This document shows, piece by piece, positions 33,779 through 41,496 of a DNA stretch of 64,000 nt. This stretch comes from Diplonema japonicum (Eukaryota > Protista > Euglenozoa: Diplonemea). Below the pieces are notes generated by a model. That model was not told the origin of the DNA. It was given only the letters and a program-made list of their open reading frames with translations, and made no database searches. Each line of letters starts with the position of its first letter. Position 1 is the stretch's first letter. Made by a program: the position numbers and the translations under genes. The DNA lies in NCBI GenBank assembly GCA_964019335.1, contig OZ025698.1, positions 62,001 through 126,000 on the forward strand, in the 5' to 3' direction.

Positions 33779-36700
33779 AGGGGCCCCGCAGAACAGGGGG
33801 AGCAGCAGATCTACGACCATGCTCCCTCTCCTAGTCTCCCTCGCATCCTCCCCAGGAGACTCCTACCTCTCTGTTTCTTCACCGACTTTTCTGCACTGAT
33901 CCCCACCCTACTCGGGAGGATGTCCGTCAGGGACCTGCTGGGGCTGCTTGGGCTGGTCGAAACAAACCCTGGCCCACCCAAGAAGCTGCCGCCCCCGTCG
34001 CCTAAGGGTCTCAAGGTTGTCTCGTGGAACTGCAACGGCCTCGTTGCGAAATGGACCGTCGTATCTCGCCATGCTGACTTCTTGTCGCTGGACATCATCA
34101 TGATACAGGAGACGCACCTGAGGGAAGGGCACGACACGCCACACCTGCCTGGGTACAGGTCATACAGGAGGGATCGGTTGACACCGGTGACTGACGGCAC
34201 TGCGACGAGGGGTGGTGGTATTGTCACGTATGTCCGCGACGATCTTGCCTCGGAGGAGGTTCCGCACGTACTCCCGGCTGGGGACTGTGTCACTGAGAGA
34301 CTGGATGTGAGGATCTCCTGCGAGAAGCGTGAGCCGATCACTCTCTCCAACGTTTACCTTACACCGGTAAGCGCGAGCAGAGGCACGAGGGACCCTGAGT
34401 ACCTGCGGCCTGGCAGCCTTCCCATGGGGAAGAACACAGTCATAGCGGGTGACTTCAATGCTCACCACAGCTCCTGGGACGCCACGGTGACGACGCCGAA
34501 CGAGAGGGGGAACGTGGTCAGGGACTGGCTGGACACCCACGGGTACTCCGTCTACAACGACCGCAACGAACCGACGAGGGACTCGTCACGACACGTTCTG
34601 GACCTGGTTGTGGGGCGCTGCGCGAAGCTTGAGCCGAAGACGCTGGGCACGTGGGGCTCCGATCATAGTCCCGTATCCTTTCACCTGCCTCTTGAGGACG
34701 TCTACCGTTCGGAGCGCCCCTTCCCCACCTGGAATTTCAAAAAAGCCAGATGGGATGACTACACTGCTGCTGTTGCCCGCCTGCTTGCTGGTGTTGACAC
34801 GGCGGCTCCGATTGACTCTGTCACGAAGGGGTTTACACAAGCCCTTTTGACTGCGGCGAACGACCACATTCCCCTCTGTGGGATGCGACGTGGCCCGACC
34901 CCCTGGTGGACTGCTGAGCTCGAGGACGCCTTCGAAGAGCGGAACACCCTGCGCGAACTCCTGCTTCAAGAGGCGGACGTGGTGGTGGAGGAGTACAGGG
35001 CGAAGGTGAAGGAAGTCAACCGACTCCTTGACGAGACGAAGCGTGAGGCATGGGGAAGGATGGCGGCCGACCTCAGCCGGAGCAAGGACCTCGGGGCTGC
35101 GTTCAGAGCGGTGAAGAAGCTGGACGGCAGGCACCGAAAGACACACCTTCCTGTACTCGAGGGAAGATTTGTGTCGGACAAGGCGAAGGCCGACCGGCTG
35201 GGGGCGCACTTCGCTAAGCTCTACGGCAGGCGTGGTGACGGGAACTCGAAGGACGCCGCTCCTTCTGCAAGCAGACTCGGGTGTCAAGCGTTCACCGTGG
35301 ACGACCTCACCCGCGGCCTGAGAAGGATGAAGACGCGCAGCGCGGCCGGGGAAGACGGAATCTTCTCGGAGATGCTCCTTCACCTTAACTCGGACTCCCT
35401 CGGTGTTCTCCTTCTACTCCTCAATCGCTCCTGGCTGATGGGTGTCGTTCCCGGTGCCTGGAAGAAGGGAGTGATCGTCCCGGTACCGAAACCTGGAAAA
35501 GATGCGACTCTCTTGGCTTCCTACCGGCCGATCTGCCTGACCAGCTGCCTCTGCAAGCTGCTGGAGAGGATGATCGAGGAGAGGCTCACGTTTCTTCTTG
35601 ACGCGGATGGGACGGGAGTCGAGGGACTCCACGACAGCCAGGCTGGTTTCAGACGCGGCCGCTCCACGGAGGAGCAGGTGGCAACCCTCACTGAGTGCAT
35701 GTCGAGGAACAAAGACGATCGACGTCTCTCGGCCGCTCTGCTGTTCGACTTCTCTTCTGCCTTCGACCTGGTGCCCCATGGTGCCCTGCTGGACAAGATG
35801 CGAGGGAAGGGTCTCCCCGAACCCTTCGTGGAGTGGACGCGGTCCTTTCTATGCGGCCGTACTGCTGCGGTCACGATTGGACGGTCGAGGGGGTCGACGA
35901 CGAAGGTGCGACGGGGTGTCCCCCAGGGCTCTGTCTTGGGTCCCATCCTGTACACCATGTACGTCGACGAACTCGCCAGGAGACTGGAGGGACTGGCGGA
36001 CGTCTCGGTGCTCTACGCCGACGACGTGGCGGTTGTGATCTCCTCTGGACAAGGGGACGTGGCTGGGCTGGAGCGGAAGGCGCAGGCAGTGGTGGATGCG
36101 GTTGAGGACTGGTGCAGGGAGCGTGACATGCTGCTGAGCACGTCCAAGACGCAGGCAGTCTGCGTCCCCCCCCAGAAACGTCTCGGGGTCTACTTCACTT
36201 CGTCACGAGTCCCCCTTCAGCCAGGTGCCTTCCAGAACCCACTCTTCGGCCTGGGGGTGAACGCCGATGGCACGATCTCCGGGGACCAGGAGCTGGCGGG
36301 CCTTCAGGTTGTGGAGGCGGGTGGTGTGCGGATCCGCTGCGTGCGGGACATGCATGCAGCCGTGCGACGGCCCGACGTGGACTACGTTGCGGCCCGTCCC
36401 CTGCCTCTGTCTGAACACGCGAGGTACCTTGGGGTAACGGTGGACTCTGGGCTCACGTTCGGTGAACACGCACAGGACATCCTACGGCGGGCCAGCAAAA
36501 GGCTGAGGGTGCTGAAGCTCTTGTCCGGCACGTCCTGGGGCAGCAAGAGGGACACTCTGCGGTCTCTCTACGTTACGTACATCCTCCCGCTGCTGCGCTA
36601 CTGCATGGGGGTCTACTACAGCAGGCTCGATGATGTCGGGAGGAAGGACCTGGCTGGGCTTCACCAGGAGGCGGCGGTGCTGATCACGGGCTGCTGGAGT

Positions 36701-38071
36701 GGCTCCGGAGGGTACAAGCTCCTAGCTGAGGCAGGACTGCTTCCCCTCGAAAGAATGGCTGAGGGTGCTGCGGCGACGATGACGGCGAAGGCCTTCTGCT
36801 GGCAGTCTTCCCCGGTTCACAGGGAGACGGTCAAGCTGAAGCAGGCGAACAGGCTGGGGTGTGGGTGGCTGCGCTCTGGCTACCAAGCACTGCGTCGATG
36901 CGGGTTGGAACCAAAGGTGCACTTCGAGTACCTGTCGGCTACGCCCCTGGCGGCCCCGTGGCAGACAGGCATGGTCGACTTCAGGACTGACCTCCCCGGC
37001 GGGGTCACGCGATCGTCGCCAGACGCGGACAGGCGGAAGGCGGCCGAGGCTGCTCTTGCGGCTCTCCCCCCGGGCATCCATGCCTACACGGATGGCTCGG
37101 TTGTACAGGTCGGACAGAAGGCGAAAGGTGGCTCTGGGGTTTATCTGCAGCTGCCTCCCCCCCTGACCCCTGTGTCTGTGTGCCATGGCGTCAACGACTT
37201 CTGTTCATCTTTTCGGGCAGAGGGCATGGCTGTGAAAACGGCGCTGGATATGGTGGCTACCCTCCGAAAAACACACCCTTCGCTGGCGAAGTCCCCGCTG
37301 TCGATCTGCACCGACTCCCTCTCCCTCGTCGAGCAGCTGCGAGCTGGCCCAACGCGACAGAGGGAGAAGCTCGACCACCAGACGTGGAGCCGGCTGGTGA
37401 CCGCGGCGCGCACGCAGGGGACACCGGTGGTCCTCCAGTTTGTGCCCTCCCACTGTGGGGTGGACGGGAACGAGAAGGCTGACGCTCTGGCCGTGGAGGG
37501 AACGAAGCGGAAGCAGGACAGGCCCTCCCTTGACTACCGATCAGTGAGGGCCCTGGTGCGACGGTGGGTGGTGCGGAGGTCCGCGGAGCTCATAACATCC
37601 CTCGCCCACAACTACGCGGTGGCGACCGAGCTTCGGTCCGCGCACTTCCCCCTTGGCTTCCCCAGACAAGCTGAAACGGTCATCTCGCGGCTGCGGATTG
37701 GTCACTCGGCTCTCTTCTTCGGCTTCCTGCAGACTGCTGGCCCGAACAGGAAGCACAAGGGTGTGCTCCGGTGCCCAGCCTGCCACGCAGCACCGATGTC
37801 CAGGGAGCATGTTGTCGGTGGGTGCCCTGTGATCGGGAGGGGGGCGATCGACACTCCTGCTGGTACTCCCTCCCTAGCCTTCTCCCTGTCGAGACGCGTG
37901 ACCCAGATCTACGACCTCATTGTTGAGTCTGGCCTGCTCGCCTGGTCACGCTCCGGACTGTTCACCTCGCCATCATCCCTGGCGTCTACAGACGTCACTG
38001 CACCTTCAAACGTGCCGCCTCCTCCTCCGGTCTCTCTTGACGCCGGTCCCGCGGCCCCCGTGCTGCGCTAA
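33779..38071 (+). CDS. A1 ORF2: linker + 2A-like LVETNPGP - APE - RT - RNase H - CCHC (first ATG 33920; frame open from the ORF1 stop)
   Basis: VVSWNCNG, MIQETH, AGDFNAHH, SDH, YRPICL, FDFSSAFD, GVPQG, YADD, YTDGS, FVPSHCGVDGNEKAD, CPAC...HVVGGC. Confidence 0.92.
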   Translation, partial: RGPAEQGEQQIYDHAPSPSLPRILPRRLLPLCFFTDFSALIPTLLGRMSVRDLLGLLGLVETNPGPPKKLPPPSPKGLKVVSWNCNGLVAKWTVVSRHADFLSLDIIMIQETHLREGHDTPHLPGYRSYRRDRLTPVTDGTATRGGGIVTYVRDDLASEEVPHVLPAGDCVTERLDVRISCEKREPITLSNVYLTPVSASRGTRDPEYLRPGSLPMGKNTVIAGDFNAHHSSWDATVTTPNERGNVVRDWLDTHGYSVYNDRNEPTRDSSRHVLDLVVGRCAKLEPKTLGTWGSDHSPVSFHLPLEDVYRSERPFPTWNFKKARWDDYTAAVARLLAGVDTAAPIDSVTKGFTQALLTAANDHIPLCGMRRGPTPWWTAELEDAFEERNTLRELLLQEADVVVEEYRAKVKEVNRLLDETKREAWGRMAADLSRSKDLGAAFRAVKKLDGRHRKTHLPVLEGRFVSDKAKADRLGAHFAKLYGRRGDGNSKDAAPSASRLGCQAFTVDDLTRGLRRMKTRSAAGEDGIFSEMLLHLNSDSLGVLLLLLNRSWLMGVVPGAWKKGVIVPVPKPGKDATLLASYRPICLTSCLCKLLERMIEERLTFLLDADGTGVEGLHDSQAGFRRGRSTEEQVATLTECMSRNKDDRRLSAALLFDFSSAFDLVPHGALLDKMRGKGLPEPFVEWTRSFLCGRTAAVTIGRSRGSTTKVRRGVPQGSVLGPILYTMYVDELARRLEGLADVSVLYADDVAVVISSGQGDVAGLERKAQAVVDAVEDWCRERDMLLSTSKTQAVCVPPQKRLGVYFTSSRVPLQPGAFQNPLFGLGVNADGTISGDQELAGLQVVEAGGVRIRCVRDMHAAVRRPDVDYVAARPLPLSEHARYLGVTVDSGLTFGEHAQDILRRASKRLRVLKLLSGTSWGSKRDTLRSLYVTYILPLLRYCMGVYYSRLDDVGRKDLAGLHQEAAVLITGCWSGSGGYKLLAEAGLLPLERMAEGAAATMTAKAFCWQSSPVHRETVKLKQANRLGCGWLRSGYQALRRCGLEPKVHFEYLSATPLAAPWQTGMVDFRTDLPGGVTRSSPDADRRKAAEAALAALPPGIHAYTDGSVVQVGQKAKGGSGVYLQLPPPLTPVSVCHGVNDFCSSFRAEGMAVKTALDMVATLRKTHPSLAKSPLSICTDSLSLVEQLRAGPTRQREKLDHQTWSRLVTAARTQGTPVVLQFVPSHCGVDGNEKADALAVEGTKRKQDRPSLDYRSVRALVRRWVVRRSAELITSLAHNYAVATELRSAHFPLGFPRQAETVISRLRIGHSALFFGFLQTAGPNRKHKGVLRCPACHAAPMSREHVVGGCPVIGRGAIDTPAGTPSLAFSLSRRVTQIYDLIVESGLLAWSRSGLFTSPSSLASTDVTAPSNVPPPPPVSLDAGPAAPVLR

Positions 38072-38507
38072 GGGATCGCCCCGTGTGTGTGTGTTAAATG
38101 GAATGTTGTGTTTCCCACTTTCCTTTCCCTTCCTTCCCCTTCCTCTCACTGTTTCCCATTTCCCCTTTTTTTTCACACTCACCAATGATTCGCTCAATAG
38201 GAGCAATTCCTCCCTGGGGGGCTTTCCGCCGGAGGTTCCAGCCAAAGAAGGACATCCAGCTGGAAGGTAGGCCCCCGTTTTTCTCTCACTTGACTGAGGG
38301 AATAATGTAATTCAGCCCTCTTCGGCTGTCCCAAAGCAGAGCACGGGTTGGTGGGGGACCAGGGCTCCTCCTGCTTGCAGAAGCCTGGTCCTTTGCCCTC
38401 CCTATTTCCCCATGGTTTCCCTTCACCTTTTTTTCCCTTTTCTCAGGTGTTGCTCTCCATGGCGGCCCTGCATTGGTAATTTGAAAAAAAAAAAAAAAAA
38501 AAAAAAC

Positions 38508-38683
38508 CTTCCCTTATTTTCCATTACCAGGCCCCTGTCCCCCGCCCCCAGTGTTATTCAAATTTTTCACTCACCTTTCATATAGAAAGAAAAAAGAAAA
38601 AAAAAAAAAGAAAAAAAAGAAGGACAGATGATTCAAGCTTCGGTGTACACAATCGAGCTTGATTTGAATTCCTTTATTTTGAG

Positions 38684-38715
<32 letters not shown>

Positions 38716-39174
38716 AAAAGAAAAAAAAAAAAAAAAAAAACTGAAGAACGAAACTTAATTGAATTGAATTTATTGGCTCCCGAAAGCCCAACAAGTCCAG
38801 CAGACGGTGGAGTTTCACAGTCAGCTGGTTAATTTTTCACAATTGAAACTCCTCCAAAGTTCTTAAAATCTGGGAGGTCGTCTCTTGTTACTAGAGGCGG
38901 CTAATGCCTCGAGACCCAGGTGCTGCCTGGTGGGTGGGATCGGTTTTATTTTATTATGAAAAGAGCGTGGTGAGGGGGTCCAAGTAATTTACAACAGGGA
39001 GCAGCGGACCAGGACCCCTCGACCAATGGCTCAGTAACAGAGACTGCTTTTCACGAATCACTTTCGAACACCTCTCTTGGTTTGAAGTGATGTCCCTTTC
39101 CCTTTCCCTTGAATGGTTTTCTCTACTCCCCTTCGATCCTCCCGCCTGGTAGTGGAATATTTATTATTATTATT
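38508..39174 (+). repeat. About 670-bp direct repeat, copy 2
   Basis: Near-identical to 30171-30847; differs mainly in A-tract lengths. Confidence 0.95.
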
Positions 39175-39267
39175 AAAAAAAAAACAAAAGAAAAGAAAAG
39201 AAAAGAAAAGAATCATGTATTATTATTAAAAAAAAAACAAAAGAAAAGAAAAGAAAAGAAAAGAATC

Positions 39268-41496
39268 ATGTCGACCTCCAACAAGAAGAAAAAGAGGCCC
39301 GCTCACCACAAGTCCAGGACGGAAGAAATCCTGGAGAAAGCCCGCGGTGAGCGGGTAAAGGACAACGCCGCCGCCAGGGCGAAGCGCACGCGCGAGGAGG
39401 TGGAGAGGAAGCGCGCAGAGGGGGTCACGCCGGTGGTGACACCCTCCCCCGGGCAAGGGAAGAAGGCGGCCAGAAGGGCCAGACAGAAGGCAGCAGCTGC
39501 TGACGCTGCCACCGCCGCCGCTTCGGGCTCCGACGACTCTGTCGTCTTAATTAGCGAGTCGCCGGGCGTTGTCACCTCGTTCACGGTCGACACGCCAGAG
39601 GTCAGGAGGGCGAGGATGAGGACTGCTGCCGCCGACACCACTGCCACTGCTCCTGCACCTGCTGCTGCCAACACCACTGCTCCTGCACCTGCTGCTGCCG
39701 ACTCCCCTGCTCCTGCACCTGCTGCTGCCGACACCACTGCTCCTGCGCCTGCTGCTGCCGACTCCCCTGCTCCTGCGCCTGCTCCAGCCTCTACTGCTGC
39801 CGTGTGGTCTACTGCCGTCCTCACTGCCGCTGCCTGCGACACCGCCCTCCCCATGTCGGACTCTGACACCGACGAGAAGGACACGGCCCCCGCTCCCGCA
39901 CCGGCCCCGGAGCCTCACTGGGATCTGGTCCCCGACACGTGGGACGCCCCCATCTACACCAACACTGCTCCCCCTGAGGAGGTGCCCCGCGCCGTCGTCG
40001 CTCTCGACGACCTCCAGCAGGTGGACGCGATTCGCACTGCGAGGCCCACGGCCTCCCTGACCTTCGTCCTCTTGACGGAGGTTGCCGGTTCGACCACCCC
40101 ATGCACCGTCATCGTACTCGCCGGCCAGCGTGTCGTGCACAAGGCCGTGCACACCTTCTCGGTCGGGTCGAACCCCCCCTCCTACACCCCACTCGCTTCT
40201 TTTGATGGCGGCTCTGAGGTAGTGTACGTCAGCGTGAAAGCTGACAGCGTGAACGCGGCGAAGGCCAGGGTTCGGGACCTCGTCGCGACCCAGGGCGTGG
40301 CGGTGGAGGAGCAGGCGATCTTCCGCCCGAAGAAGATCGACGGGAACGAGCCGCGGGCGCGGCACTGGAGCCACGAGGTGGGCCTGCGGCTCCCGGCGGC
40401 ATCCGTCCATGCGGTACTCCGGGCCTCGGGCGACGGCTGCATGGTCAGGACGACCGAGCGGCGCGGGGGGTACACCTACGTGCCCATCGTAGCGGAGGGG
40501 AGGGCGGAGGCCTTCCAGCTGGCGAAGGCACTGGGCGGGTTGTCCCTGGGGGTGGCCCATCGCAAGGGTTGGACCGTGAGATGCCTGCCGGAGACGGAGC
40601 AGCGTCTGAGGGAGGCCCTCGCCAAGCAGAGGACAAAGCGTCGGTACCTGCTCACCGGAGCCCCGCTGTCTGTTACCAGGGCAGCCTTCGACGGGATGAT
40701 GGACCACATCGGTTGGAAGCCGTCGTCCATCATCCGACGCTCTGACACGGCGTTCCAGGGCACGAGGCAACTCGTGTTCTTCATCGTCGCCGACGCCCCG
40801 CCCCCCAAGGCCAGGACATGGCTCTTCGGCTCTCGTCTCGTTCGACTGCACGACGCGGAAGACCACCCGAGCGTCACGCTCCCGCCCCGCACCAACAAGA
40901 AGGCTCCACCCGCGGCTCGGACGCCGGTTGCGGCAACCACGGCCCAGACGCCGACGCCGGCCCCTGGCCCCACGGTGCAGTCCACAGGGCTGCCGAGCAC
41001 CAATCCGTGGTCATCTCCACCGAGCTCGGTTGCCCCTCCGCCACTTGGCACTGTGACTCCGGTCTCCTCTGCGGCTTCCCCGACCACGACACCTCCCCGT
41101 GACTCCCAGAAGAAGAATCCCGCACCGGAACCAGAGGTCCCGGCGCTCCTCGCGCTGATCCAGTCGATGCAGGCGACCATCGACGGTCTGCAGGCGACGG
41201 TCCGCGACCTCCAGGAGAGGATGGCAGCGTCACTTGGCGCGCCGGCGTCATCTGCAGACGGAGCTGGGCGGACGGCAGTGGCTGGGAAGGGCAAGGGCGG
41301 CAAGGCTGGGTCCAAGGCAGGGACGAAGGGGCACCAGGCGCAGGGCGTAAGCACGCCAGGCCCCTACCCGACATCGACGGAGCAAGGGGGCGGAAGGGGA
41401 CGCGCCCAGTCGCTGGCTGGCGACTCTGCTTCCCCCAACGGGGCCGGCCGTGGACGGGCAGCCTCTGTGGGCCCGGCCCCCGCCCCTGCCAATTGA
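39268..41496 (+). CDS. Family B ORF1 (PAPAAAD repeats + conserved central domain); ends in a UGA in frame with ORF2
   Basis: ATG at 39268; WDLVPDTWDAPIYTN...MMDHIGWKPSS core shared with A ORF1. Confidence 0.85.
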   Translation: MSTSNKKKKRPAHHKSRTEEILEKARGERVKDNAAARAKRTREEVERKRAEGVTPVVTPSPGQGKKAARRARQKAAAADAATAAASGSDDSVVLISESPGVVTSFTVDTPEVRRARMRTAAADTTATAPAPAAANTTAPAPAAADSPAPAPAAADTTAPAPAAADSPAPAPAPASTAAVWSTAVLTAAACDTALPMSDSDTDEKDTAPAPAPAPEPHWDLVPDTWDAPIYTNTAPPEEVPRAVVALDDLQQVDAIRTARPTASLTFVLLTEVAGSTTPCTVIVLAGQRVVHKAVHTFSVGSNPPSYTPLASFDGGSEVVYVSVKADSVNAAKARVRDLVATQGVAVEEQAIFRPKKIDGNEPRARHWSHEVGLRLPAASVHAVLRASGDGCMVRTTERRGGYTYVPIVAEGRAEAFQLAKALGGLSLGVAHRKGWTVRCLPETEQRLREALAKQRTKRRYLLTGAPLSVTRAAFDGMMDHIGWKPSSIIRRSDTAFQGTRQLVFFIVADAPPPKARTWLFGSRLVRLHDAEDHPSVTLPPRTNKKAPPAARTPVAATTAQTPTPAPGPTVQSTGLPSTNPWSSPPSSVAPPPLGTVTPVSSAASPTTTPPRDSQKKNPAPEPEVPALLALIQSMQATIDGLQATVRDLQERMAASLGAPASSADGAGRTAVAGKGKGGKAGSKAGTKGHQAQGVSTPGPYPTSTEQGGGRGRAQSLAGDSASPNGAGRGRAASVGPAPAPAN
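39622..39800 (+). repeat. About 30-bp coding tandem repeat (APAPAAAD(T/S)(T/P))
   Basis: Unit gctgctgccgac(a/t)cc(a/c)ctgctcctgc(a/g)cct, about 5 copies. Confidence 0.85.

Larger units (their letters stand above)
30859..38506 (+). mobile_element. Full-length non-LTR retrotransposon, family A copy 1 (A1)
   Basis: (AAAAG)n leader, ORF1, ORF2, about 410-nt 3' UTR, poly(A); near-identical to 46538-54254. Confidence 0.95.

Noticed and set aside
38180-38215. SECIS element that would make the ORF1/ORF2 UGA a selenocysteine codon (AATGATTCGCTCAATAGGAGC in the A 3' UTR)
   Set aside because: The stem is too short, there is no GA partner for the quartet, and ATGA is absent in family B (ATGTTTCGCTC) even though the UGA is conserved.
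30171-39174. LTR retrotransposon (direct repeats read as LTRs)
   Set aside because: No TG...CA ends, integrase or protease; the internal element has an APE domain and poly(A), and copy A2 lacks these repeats.
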